Source: Chloroflexota bacterium
Lineage (GTDB): Bacteria > Chloroflexota > UBA11872 > VXOZ01
DNA length: 64,000 nt
Assembly: GCA_963663275.1 (NCBI GenBank)
Contig: OY760183.1
Span: forward strand, 320,001 to 384,000
Direction of reading: 5' to 3'
Positions 10,208-18,931 of this stretch are shown piece by piece. The notes under the pieces are model-generated. The model saw only the letters and a program-made list of their open reading frames with translations, searched no databases and was not told the origin of the DNA. Each line of letters opens with the position of its first letter. The stretch's first letter is position 1. Made by a program: the position numbers and the translations under genes.

Positions 10208-10456
10208 AGATGTTCCTTCCATTGACTGCTACGTGAAGCACGTTCGTGAAGTGTGTTCGCGAAGCGCGCTTGGAATGCCCGGCCCAAAGCGGCGGCACAA
10301 CGCCGCGCCTCTCACCGCAACCGGCGCCGTGTAGGGGCACGACATGTCGTGCCCCTACACGGCGTCCCCTCACCCCGGCCCTCTCCCCAGGGAGAGGGGG
10401 CTAACAAAACGCCTGGCGTGTTTGCCCTCTTCCCAGGGAGAGGGTGTCAATAGGCC

Positions 10457-12451
10457 TTACGCCACCTCCGCCCAGTACGCGCCCCGGTAGTCCAGCCAGC
10501 CGCCGCCGAACTCCCAGCGCACCTTGTAGCTGATCGCGTCGTTGGTGAAGACCGAGCCCGCGGTCGGGTTATCCTGCACCAGCAGTTCCGGCGTCTCCTG
10601 GCCGTTGATGAAGCCCACCTCCAGGCACTCGCTCTGCGCCGGATCCGCCATCAGGTAGTAGTCCTTGGCGTCGCTGAACTGCGGCACGACAATCGGCTCC
10701 AACATGCCTTGCAGCGGATTAGCGTCGTTGTTCTGGCTGCCGGGCAGCAGCGTGCTGTTCAGGATCGTCACCGCCGTCCAGTACAGATCCGGCGGCAGCA
10801 GCAGGTAGCGCGGCTTGAGGCCCAGGCGCTTGCCCGCGCTGTTGGTCTGCTTCATCATCTGCGTGATCGCGGCTTGCAGCGACGCGGCCGACAGCGCGGC
10901 CGTGCCGCGATTCTTGTGCGCGGTCTGGCTGCCGTCGTCGAAGACTTTGCTGGTGTCCGCCAGCGTGGGATTGCCGGTGAAGAGGCCGTAGACGAACTCA
11001 TTGATCGTCGTGGCGGCGGCGATCGCCAGCTTGGTGGGAATGCGCCGCACCGCTTCCAGATCGTCGTTCAGGATCGCCTCGCGGGTGACCACCACCAGGT
11101 TGCCGCGCTTGGCCGGGGTGTAGGTCTCGCGCGTATCGTCCCACGCCAGGTTCGTGTACGCCGCGTTCTCGTTCACCGTGCCCAGCGCGCCGAAGTCGTG
11201 CAGCAGCACCCGGTACTGGGGCTTGTAGTCGCGGATGGCGCGGATCGCGCAGAGCTTCTTCCAGTCCTGCGGCTGCGCGCCGTAGTCCTGCACCAGGCGC
11301 TTGCTGATGGCGTTGGCGAGAGCGTGGTTGAGCACGCTGGTGGTAACCTCGTTGGCCTCGCGCACCAGCGAGAGTTCCGGCCGCATCGCGCCCCGGATTT
11401 CGGCGTCGCCGGTGATCTGCACGTAGGCCTCGCGGATGCTGGACCAGGCGGGTACCGGCTCGTCGGCGGCCACGTCCCGCACGCCCAGCAGGCGCGCCAG
11501 ACCGGCCTCGATCGCGGCCAGGCCCCGCTCGGCGCCCGCCGCGCCCATGCTGACCCGCGTCTTCTCCGCGCCCGCGCCGCGCACGCCGTTGGCGGAACCG
11601 GTCAAGGCGCGCACGGTCTCCACCTCGTCCTGGACGGCCTGCTCCAACACCTCGGTGGTAAAGGTCTGCCCCGCGAAGCGGCGGCGCAACTTGCGCGTGA
11701 GCGCCGCCGGCAAGGCCGCGCTCTCCAGCCGCTCGTTCAGGGTCGTCATGCACGCCAGCTTGGCCTCGGCTTCGGCCAGGCGCGCGTCGGTCGTCTGCGT
11801 GGTCGTGTCTTCCATCTGTACCTCCTCGGTATGGGGTGTGTCCGCGGTCTCCGCCCCGGCGTGGGGGCGGTCGTTGCCGGTCTCGGCTCGTTGGTCTGCT
11901 TGCATAAACTCCTCCTTGGCTGTATCGAGAATCTCCCGCGCTTCCAAAATATGCTCGAACGCGCCGCCGGCCGCGGCCCGGGTAACCACGTCGCAGGAGC
12001 GCAGCGCCGGGATGTTCTCCACCACCTGCACAGTCTTGCCGTCCCGCCGCTGGGCGCGCACCGACGCCAGCGAGTCGATCGAAAGACCCAACACGTCGGG
12101 CCGTCCCATCTCCACGGCCTCTTGCACCAGGCTCCAGAGCCAGCCGGCGCTGCTGAAGATGTGGAGCACGGCCCGCACGCGGTCGCCCTCCAGCCGGGGT
12201 TCGCGGTAGAACCCCACCACGTCGCGCACGCTGCGGGGCGCGCCCGCGCCGTCCGCCGCGGGCGGCGGATGGTCGGCAAAGGCTTTCAGGCCGTCAAGCT
12301 GCGCCGCTACGTCTTGCAACGCCTGGGGCGTGAAGTAGCGGCCGTTGCGCGACATGCCCTGCCGCAGCACGGTCACGGCCACCTCCCGCCGCGGCGCGTC
12401 CAGTTGCGCCTCCCGCAACGGCACCAGCAACGCCAGTTCTGCCGTTTTCAC
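10457..12451 (-). CDS. Prohead protease-scaffold-major capsid fusion (Mu gpT-like HK97-fold capsid)
   Basis: N-terminal SRNGRYF, FADHP, GLSID, SCDVVTRAAAGG protease motifs; acidic linker; C-terminal TREAILNDDL, PRYLLLPPDL, LEVGFINGQETP, YKVRWEFGGGWLDYRG. Confidence 0.9.
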   Translation of the reverse strand: MKTAELALLVPLREAQLDAPRREVAVTVLRQGMSRNGRYFTPQALQDVAAQLDGLKAFADHPPPAADGAGAPRSVRDVVGFYREPRLEGDRVRAVLHIFSSAGWLWSLVQEAVEMGRPDVLGLSIDSLASVRAQRRDGKTVQVVENIPALRSCDVVTRAAAGGAFEHILEAREILDTAKEEFMQADQRAETGNDRPHAGAETADTPHTEEVQMEDTTTQTTDARLAEAEAKLACMTTLNERLESAALPAALTRKLRRRFAGQTFTTEVLEQAVQDEVETVRALTGSANGVRGAGAEKTRVSMGAAGAERGLAAIEAGLARLLGVRDVAADEPVPAWSSIREAYVQITGDAEIRGAMRPELSLVREANEVTTSVLNHALANAISKRLVQDYGAQPQDWKKLCAIRAIRDYKPQYRVLLHDFGALGTVNENAAYTNLAWDDTRETYTPAKRGNLVVVTREAILNDDLEAVRRIPTKLAIAAATTINEFVYGLFTGNPTLADTSKVFDDGSQTAHKNRGTAALSAASLQAAITQMMKQTNSAGKRLGLKPRYLLLPPDLYWTAVTILNSTLLPGSQNNDANPLQGMLEPIVVPQFSDAKDYYLMADPAQSECLEVGFINGQETPELLVQDNPTAGSVFTNDAISYKVRWEFGGGWLDYRGAYWAEVA

Positions 12452-12473
12452 TGCATAATCCTCCCTTCGATAC

Positions 12474-12540
12474 CTGTACGTCGCACGATGTCTGTGCGAC
12501 GTACCATATCTGTGTGTCGTACTACACCTGTGCGTCGTAC
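12474..12540. repeat. 18-bp period direct repeat x4 upstream of the capsid gene
   Basis: CTGTACGTCGCAC, CTGTGCGACGTAC, CTGTGTGTCGTAC, CTGTGCGTCGTAC at 12474, 12492, 12510, 12528. Confidence 0.75.
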
Positions 12541-12706
12541 ACTTTCATGCGGCGTCAATCCGGTAGCGCAGGTTTGTAACCTGCGTCCGCCGCCGTTTCC
12601 CGTAGCGCGGGGGCTTGTCCCCCGCAACGAAAACCCCCGTATGGCGGTCTGGCCTGCGCCGGTCCGGCGAAGATTCGCCCTCACCCTAACCCTCTCCCCC
12701 AGGAGA

Positions 12707-12857
12707 GGCCGACAGGGGTATGTAAATGTCATTCCGAGCGGAGCGAGGAATCTAGAAATGGTGATCTTGCAGGGCTGTGCTTTAGATTCCTCACTTCGCT
12801 CCGCTCCGTTCGGAATGACAAGTGATGTCGATTTTGGAGTACATACCTCTGTCAGCC
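12707..12857. mobile_element. GGCTGACAG-type MITE
   Basis: TIR GGCCGACAGGGGTATGTA/TACATACCTCTGTCAGCC; 7-bp CAGGAGA duplication. Confidence 0.75.
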
Positions 12858-12908
12858 CAGGAGAGGGAACCTGAGGCCGTCCCCCGCCAGAGGCAACCTG
12901 CGCCGAAT

Positions 12909-12917
12909 TGGTACAAT
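12909..12917 (+). promoter_or_regulatory. Extended -10 promoter, probably giving a leaderless transcript
   Basis: TG-G-TACAAT 7 nt before ATG 12925; no SD. Confidence 0.5.
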
Positions 12918-12924
12918 AGCAACC

Positions 12925-13506
12925 ATGAACCAACCCAGACCGCCCGCCGCTGCCGTCTCGCTGACCGTCGTCGTCGCGCCCTCCCAGGCCGGCGGCTACT
13001 GGGCGGAGTTGCCGGCGCTCCCCGGCTGCGCCGCCCAGGGCGACACCGTTGACGCCGTGCTCACCGACCTCACGATGGCGGCGGAGATGTTCCTGGCCCA
13101 GGAAGCGCCGCCCGACGATACGCTCACGCTGCGCACCGTCACCGTTGACGTGGGCGGCGCCGCGTACCGCCTGCCGGCCGTCTGCTGGCGCGGCGGACAG
13201 CGCGTCAACGCCGTTGCCATTCCGCTCCACGACCGGGTGGCGCGCGGCGAAACCCCGGAACACGCCCTGGCGCAACTCCGCGCGCTGCTGCCGGCCTGGA
13301 TCGCCGCCGACCTGAGCGAAGGTGAGTCCGTGCCGGCGGTCGTCGTGGCCGATACCGCCACCATCCGCCCCCGCGTAGGCCAAGCCACCGGCGCGCCCGT
13401 CTCCCAGGCCGAGGCCCTCAAGCCCGAAGTCGTCCTGGTGCTCCTCCGCGCCGCCGGCATGACCAAAGACCAACTCAGCGAGATGCTGGACTACGACCCG
13501 GATTGA
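12925..13506 (+). CDS. HicB-family protein with tandem HicB domains and a HicA-like C-terminus
   Basis: GGYWAELPALPGCAAQGDTVDAVL; second unit VARGETPEHALAQL; C-terminal LKPEVVLVLLRAAGMTKDQLSEML. Confidence 0.7.
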   Translation: MNQPRPPAAAVSLTVVVAPSQAGGYWAELPALPGCAAQGDTVDAVLTDLTMAAEMFLAQEAPPDDTLTLRTVTVDVGGAAYRLPAVCWRGGQRVNAVAIPLHDRVARGETPEHALAQLRALLPAWIAADLSEGESVPAVVVADTATIRPRVGQATGAPVSQAEALKPEVVLVLLRAAGMTKDQLSEMLDYDPD

Positions 13507-13800
13507 CCGCGTCCGCCTTCCAATCCCCTCTCCCTCGAGGGAAAAGGCTAGCCGCCGCGTCCACGTCCGCCTTCCAGTCCCCTCTCCCTTGAGGGAGAGG
13601 GTTAGGGTGAGGGTGTCCCTCTTCACTCGTTCCCCATCCGCTCGGACAATCCCCTCTCCATCGCAGGCGCAATTTAGCCCCAGCCACCGCGACCGCCCTC
13701 CAGTCCCCTCTCCCTCGAGGCAAATGGTTAGCCGCCGCGTCCGCATTCGCCTTCCAGTCCCCTCTCCCTCGAGGGAGAGGGTTAGGGTGAGGGTGAGGGC
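13507..13800. repeat. Array of CCCCTCTCCCTCGAGGGAGAGGG-type hairpin repeats
   Basis: About 5 copies of CCGCCTTCCAGTCCCCTCTCCCTCGAGG. Confidence 0.8.
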
Positions 13801-13822
13801 ATGGAATCGTCCGCGCATCCCG

Positions 13823-15079
13823 TTACTCCTCCTCAGCCAGGAAGCGCCGGAAGAGGCGCGCGGCGTCCTCCGTTTCCAACCAGCCCTCCGACCGGGCCAA
13901 TTGCAGCGAGCGCGCGAACGATTCCGCGTGCGGCCCCGCCACGTGGGCCACGTCCGGCTGGAGTTCCTGGAAGACCACGCGAAAAGACGGGTCAACGTCC
14001 GCCGCCAGCGCGCCGGCCTCCTGCTTGGCCTGAATCGCCCGCGCCACCAAGCGGCGCAGGTAGCGGCCAAGCAACTCCTGGCGGCGTTGGAAGCGCCGCA
14101 GCGTCGGCAGGCCCATCTCGGCCGCCGTCGCCCGGTTCACGTGCCCGCCTTCCGCCAGATAGTGCTCCGGCAGACCCGCGCCGGCCGCGATCATCAGCTT
14201 GAGCGCGCGCCCGTCCGCGGCCACGTCGTCGGCGCCAATCGAGGGCTGCACCGGCTGCCAGGTCTCGGCCTCGTTGTGGAAGACCACCGTGCCCGGCGCG
14301 GGCGGTTGGGCGTAGGCGGCCATCTTGGCCAGCAGGTCGTTGCGCGTCGCGCCGCGCACGGTCACGTCGTAGACGAAACTGCCTTTGAGACGGTTGATGC
14401 GGGCGCGGTCGACGAGCCAATCCCGGTACCGCTTCAGCCACGGCAAGAGCGGCGCCAGGTCGCTGCGCCCCCGCAGGGCGTTGGAGACGCGATTGATGGT
14501 AAAGTGCTCCATCTCCGCCGCCGCTACCCAGTAGCCCGGCTCCGCGCCCACACCCCGCACCCGGTAGCGCAACGCGCGCTCGATGTCTTCCGGCGCGGTT
14601 TCAATCTGATCGATAAGCAGCGGATCGAGTTGACGCAAACGTATCTCGCCGGTGAGCGGATCGGTGAACACCCGCACGAACTGCTCGCCGTAGAGCGCCA
14701 GCTCGGTGTAGAGACTGTAGACGCGGGTGTCCATGGCGTTATCCGGGTGCTGCCAGAAGGCGTCCACCGCCTCCTGCGCCGCCGGACTGGCGCACGCGAT
14801 GCGCACGCCGCCGCCAAGCACGAAATTGACCTGCACGTCGATCACGGCGTAGGCCAACGGATTGGTGACGTACGCCTCGTAGACCTCGCGCAGCAAACGC
14901 TGGTGGTCCCACAAGGGATCGTCCCGCGTCTCCGCCGCGCCGGCGGCCTGCCGGTAACCGACGTCCTCCGCCGCCACCGCCTCCTGCACCCGCGCCTGGA
15001 TTACGTCGCCAAAGAGACGCTCGCCCAAACGCTGCCACCACTGTCTCGTCTGTATCGCCTGTCTCGTCTGCATCGTCAT
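13823..15079 (-). CDS. Phage portal protein
   Basis: YVTNPLAYAVID..VNFVLGGG, LALYGEQFV, RGRSDLAPLL.WL, NRATA motifs; lies between terminase and capsid; start uncertain (15073/15079/15121). Confidence 0.88.
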   Translation of the reverse strand: MTMQTRQAIQTRQWWQRLGERLFGDVIQARVQEAVAAEDVGYRQAAGAAETRDDPLWDHQRLLREVYEAYVTNPLAYAVIDVQVNFVLGGGVRIACASPAAQEAVDAFWQHPDNAMDTRVYSLYTELALYGEQFVRVFTDPLTGEIRLRQLDPLLIDQIETAPEDIERALRYRVRGVGAEPGYWVAAAEMEHFTINRVSNALRGRSDLAPLLPWLKRYRDWLVDRARINRLKGSFVYDVTVRGATRNDLLAKMAAYAQPPAPGTVVFHNEAETWQPVQPSIGADDVAADGRALKLMIAAGAGLPEHYLAEGGHVNRATAAEMGLPTLRRFQRRQELLGRYLRRLVARAIQAKQEAGALAADVDPSFRVVFQELQPDVAHVAGPHAESFARSLQLARSEGWLETEDAARLFRRFLAEEE

Positions 15080-15124
15080 CTCGCTCGCTTTCTCTGAGTT
15101 CAAATACCTCAGGCGTTTCACGCC

Positions 15125-15590
15125 GTCATTCCCGCGCGCAAACCGGGATATCCGTCATTCCCGTGAAAACGGGAATCCATCTTCTCTTCCGGAGCCGCCA
15201 TTCCACCCCATGCGGGGGACAAGCCCCCGCGCTACGTGTCCGCCACTCCGGTAGCGCAGGTTTGTAACTGCGTCCGCCTGCCTGCCTCCGGTAGCGTAGG
15301 TTTTCAACCTGCGCTCGCGGCCCACCATTCCCGCACATGGCCGCATTCCATCCCCCGTAGGGGCGGTTCGCGAACCGCCCCTACCGCCTCACCCCTTGCG
15401 GGGGACAAGCCCCCGCGCTACGTCCCTTCCACCCTTCCGGTTCCTATCTCTCTTGCCGCTCGCCCTTTCTTGCCGTTCACCCTGAGCCAGTCGAAGGGCA
15501 TCCGTTCATGGTTCGACAGGCTCACCACGAACGGACGCGCGAACGCGGTCCTGCCTACCTCCGGTAGCGCAGGTTTGTAACCTGCGTCCC
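15125..15590. repeat. Dense intergenic REP cluster (5 families)
   Basis: Multiple copies of the palindromes found window-wide. Confidence 0.85.
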
Positions 15591-15617
15591 CGCCCGCGCT
15601 ACGGCGGGGCGGCGCAT

Positions 15618-17171
15618 CTAATACCCCTCCGTGTGCGCCTCTGGCGGCGGCAGCGCCACCGACGCCGCCGGCGGGGCGCCGCCCTCCGCTGCGCGCGTCA
15701 GCAGGGCCAGGGCCGACACGTAATCGTCGTGCCCCTGGCCGGACGGCACGTGAAACGAAATGCGCTGGCCCGGATGCAGCGTCAACCGGCAGCGCCGAAC
15801 CTGAAGCCGGCACTCCCGGTATTCCGGCGAGCGGTCGTCGGCCCACACTTGCAGGCGTCCGCCGCTCACCAGAGCGCGCAGGTCGTAGCCCAGGGCGCTC
15901 TTGGATTGCGCCGTGAACGTAAACGGCTCCACGCGCTCGCGGCCCAGGCGCGCTTGCAGGAAACGCGCCAGCGCGTCGCCCAGGCCGGTGGCGTCGATGA
16001 TTGCCCGTTGGACGCGCCATTCTTTGCCCAGCAGGCGCGCCAGGCGGGCGTACTGCTCGGTGGTGGGCAGGCCGGTCCACTGGTAGGCGTTCACGATCTC
16101 AATCGCGGGCAGGGCGAACCCCAGCGCCGGGTCGTGCCGCCAGACCCGCTCGCCGATCAAGACCACCGTGCTATCGCGCCGCGTGTTGGCGCCGCATTGC
16201 GCCGGAGCGGTCTCTTCACCCGCCACGTCCACCGCCGCCACGTAGTGCGCGTCCGAGCGCGGTTCGCGCTGGCGGGGGTGGCCGCCTTGCAGCGCCGCTT
16301 GCAGTTCCGGCGTGAAGAAGCCGGTGGCGTCGTCCACCTCTTCCAGGCAGTACTGGGTGCGGATGACCAGGTCGTCCTCCCCGCGCTGGCGAATCTGCGC
16401 CGCGACCGCCTTGCCATATTGCGGATTGGCCTTCGCCCCCGTTTGCCAGGGATATGAAAAATGCCGCCGTTCGCCGGTCTTTTCTTCATGCGCCAGGTTC
16501 AGCGCCTTGTATTTGGCGAGCAGCGTATCCTGCGTCCACGGCGTGCCGTAGAGCACGATGGTGGCGTTCTGCGCCGCCGCCATGGGCAGGAACTCTTTGG
16601 CGAATTTCTCCTCGTCCACGTCCTGGGCTTCATCCACTTCCAGCAGCAGGTCGGCGGTAGCGCCCACCACGTTGGATTGCTCGTGGGCGGAAAGGAACAT
16701 CACCCGCGCCTTGCCGACCGCGATCATGCTGCCGTGCATGCGCCGCCAGTGCGGCGCCAGCCAGGGACGGTCCAGCACCGCTTCCAGACGCATGCGCGAG
16801 ATGAGCGTCTGCGGCGTGAGCGTGGGCGCGCACTTGACGATCGTGCCGCCGCGCCGCTGGTGGCGGTAGAGCAGGTAGGCTTCCAAGTGGGCCGATAGCT
16901 CGTTCTTGCCCATCTGCCGCGCCATTTCCACGGTGAAGACCGCGCCCGCGCGCCGCCGCGCGCTGCCCAGCACCGCCCGCGCCACCGCAAGCTGATAGGA
17001 ACGCAGCGGCCGCCCCACGAGCACCCGCGAAAAATGCGCGATGTCGTTGAGCGTGTAGCGAAAGAAGGCGCGGGCCAGCGCGTCCCGGTCGTCGCCATAC
17101 AGAACCGGCGACGGGCGGGCGGTCGCGCTCTCCGTGTGATTCTTGTGCGTGTGCGCTGCGTTCGTCTGCAT
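15618..17171 (-). CDS. Terminase large subunit
   Basis: Walker A MARQMGKNE; Walker B LLEVDEAQD; motif III YGTP; nuclease VAAVDVAGE, IIDATGLGD, HDDYVSALAL. Confidence 0.93.
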   Translation of the reverse strand: MQTNAAHTHKNHTESATARPSPVLYGDDRDALARAFFRYTLNDIAHFSRVLVGRPLRSYQLAVARAVLGSARRRAGAVFTVEMARQMGKNELSAHLEAYLLYRHQRRGGTIVKCAPTLTPQTLISRMRLEAVLDRPWLAPHWRRMHGSMIAVGKARVMFLSAHEQSNVVGATADLLLEVDEAQDVDEEKFAKEFLPMAAAQNATIVLYGTPWTQDTLLAKYKALNLAHEEKTGERRHFSYPWQTGAKANPQYGKAVAAQIRQRGEDDLVIRTQYCLEEVDDATGFFTPELQAALQGGHPRQREPRSDAHYVAAVDVAGEETAPAQCGANTRRDSTVVLIGERVWRHDPALGFALPAIEIVNAYQWTGLPTTEQYARLARLLGKEWRVQRAIIDATGLGDALARFLQARLGRERVEPFTFTAQSKSALGYDLRALVSGGRLQVWADDRSPEYRECRLQVRRCRLTLHPGQRISFHVPSGQGHDDYVSALALLTRAAEGGAPPAASVALPPPEAHTEGY

Positions 17172-17414
17172 CTATTGCCCCGGCACGATGGTCAGCAGGC
17201 TGTTCAGGAAGGCGGCGGCGAACGGCGAGGCGAAGATGCCGATCAGGATCACGTTGATCTTCGCTTCCAGCCGGGCGTAGTCTTCCCGGGTGTTCTCGGC
17301 CAGTTCGCGGGTCACCTGGCCGTAGGCGCAGCCGTGTTGCGCCAGGCGGTCCGCCAGTTCGTGGCAGCGCGCGTCGTGTTTCGGCGGCGTGTGCGTGGGT
17401 GTCTCATTCAGCAT
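17172..17414 (-). CDS. Small coiled-coil protein with C-terminal TM helix (XhlA/holin-like?)
   Basis: YARLEAKINVILIGIFASPFAAAFL; overlaps upstream gene, abuts terL. Confidence 0.5.
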   Translation of the reverse strand: MLNETPTHTPPKHDARCHELADRLAQHGCAYGQVTRELAENTREDYARLEAKINVILIGIFASPFAAAFLNSLLTIVPGQ

Positions 17415-17769
17415 GGGGTTCTGCCTCCGCGTGCTCTTCCTGTTGTTCCCGTGTTTCGATTTCGGCGATCACCTGGCGCATCGCCTCGGTCAGGTTGTCC
17501 TCGGCCCGGGGCGAGAGTTGGGCGCGCGCTTTCAAGGCGTCCAGGAGAATGCCCGTCAGTTCCTTCACCGCCTTGATCTTGTCCGCCGGCGCGCGCTCGT
17601 CGTCATCGGCGCTGAGCAGTTGGGCCGCGATGCGGCGCATGAGCATGCGCAGCAGGCCGATCTCGTCCTGCAGCAGCGGATTGTCCGCCGTGCGCTCCAG
17701 CGCCGCCAACTCCTGCTCGGTGAAGAGGTCGGCGTACAGGCTTGGGGGTGGTTGCTTGCTTTGGGTCAC
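17404..17769 (-). CDS. Putative terminase small subunit
   Basis: LYADLFTEQELAAL...LQDEIGLLRMLMRR helical pattern; first gene of the cluster. Confidence 0.6.
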   Translation of the reverse strand: MTQSKQPPPSLYADLFTEQELAALERTADNPLLQDEIGLLRMLMRRIAAQLLSADDDERAPADKIKAVKELTGILLDALKARAQLSPRAEDNLTEAMRQVIAEIETREQQEEHAEAEPHAE

Positions 17770-18000
17770 CGCGTTGTTTTCCTTTGCGTCGTGGCTGTGC
17801 GCTTCTCTTTAAAGCAAGAAGCAGTGTTCCGCGCCTTCCCGCTCCCGCCGTCGCCGCCGTCTCCGGTCCGCCGCGCCGCGCGGCTTGCTGCCGGTGTCTT
17901 TGGGAGCGTGGGGATGGCGCTGTGCGGCGCGCGCCCCCGGTTTTGGGGCGTGCATAAAGCTATATTCAAAAAAAATGTAAAAAATGAGGGGTGAAAGGGG

Positions 18001-18029
18001 TTGCAATTTTACGAAGTATTTACTATACT
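18001..18029 (+). promoter_or_regulatory. Sigma70-type promoter for the lexA paralog within an AT-rich divergent region
   Basis: TTGCAA-17 bp-TATACT; A/T tracts at 17955-17986. Confidence 0.75.
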
Positions 18030-18247
18030 GGAAAAAACGCGGCGGAGAGTCCCGCCTCACCCTCAAGAAAGAAGGCTAGAGCGCGGAGTGCCCTCTCCCT
18101 CGATGGAGCGGGCTAGAGCGCAGGGTTCCCTCTCCATTGATGGAAAGGGCCAGGCCGCCAAGTCCCCTCTCCCTCAAGGGAGAGGGTTAGGGTGAGGGTG
18201 AATCTTCCTCTTAGCGGCATCCGGCGATTTTAGGAAGGAGAACGCAC

Positions 18248-18931
18248 ATGAACGAAACGCCCACGGGTAGGGGCACGGCACGCCGTGCCTCCAGCGCGGC
18301 AGGCCGCGCCGCCGGCGCGGCAGAACGCCCCCAGCTTACCGACAAGCAACGGCAGGTGCTGACGTTTCTCACGCGCGCGCAGCGGGAGGGGCGGTGGCCC
18401 ACCTTGAAAGAGATTGCCCAGCGCATCGGCGCGCGGGCGCCGGCGGCGGCGCACCACCACCTGAAGCGCCTGGAGGCCAAGGGCTACCTGCGCCGCGCGG
18501 CCTGGGGCGCGTACGAACTGACGCCCCAGGTGCAGATGCTGGAGGGCTTGGGCGTGGCGCGCGTGCCGGTGCGCGGCACGATTGCCGCCGGTACCGGCGT
18601 GGAGGCGGTGGAGGCCGTGGAAGACTGGCTCACCGTGGATAGCGTCTTCGCCCGCCATCCCGACGTCTACGCCCTGCGCGTGCAGGGCGACAGCATGGTG
18701 GACGCCTGCGTCTGCGACGGCGACCACGTGCTCATCCGCCCCCAACCCGGCGCGGAGAACGGCGAGATGGTGGCGGCCCTGCGCGACGACGGCACCGCCA
18801 CCCTGAAGAACCTCCACCGCGAGGGCGGCAACGTATTCCTGGTACCCGCCAACCCCTACTACCCCACGCTCCCCGGCGACAACATCACCATTCTCGGCAA
18901 GGTAGTGGGCGTAATCCGCGTGTTTGCATGA
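18248..18931 (+). CDS. lexA: LexA-family repressor (S24 autopeptidase), probably a paralog
   Basis: LTDKQRQVL..PTLKEIA..HLKRLEAKGYL; IAAG cleavage site; GDSM Ser; ATLK Lys. Confidence 0.9.
   Translation: MNETPTGRGTARRASSAAGRAAGAAERPQLTDKQRQVLTFLTRAQREGRWPTLKEIAQRIGARAPAAAHHHLKRLEAKGYLRRAAWGAYELTPQVQMLEGLGVARVPVRGTIAAGTGVEAVEAVEDWLTVDSVFARHPDVYALRVQGDSMVDACVCDGDHVLIRPQPGAENGEMVAALRDDGTATLKNLHREGGNVFLVPANPYYPTLPGDNITILGKVVGVIRVFA

Noticed and set aside
4756-12451. Contractile injection system/tailocin or encapsulin
   Set aside because: No sheath or baseplate wedge genes; terminase and portal indicate a DNA-packaging head.
12448-14070. 540 aa ORF bridging portal and capsid
   Set aside because: Reads through REP/MITE DNA and antisense of the hicB-like gene; no protein-like character.
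4756-17769. Intact inducible prophage
   Set aside because: No integrase, replication, att sites, tape measure or lysin seen; spacers are full of host repeats. A decayed prophage cannot be fully excluded without comparative data.
17809-18066. N-terminal extension of terS via in-frame readthrough
   Set aside because: Same frame but separated by TAA; low-complexity peptide overlapping the promoter; the GTG at 17769 has its own SD-like AAGGA.
17950-18250. Canonical SOS box at the lexA promoter
   Set aside because: No GAAC-N4-GTTC or CTGT-N8-ACAG match found by eye.
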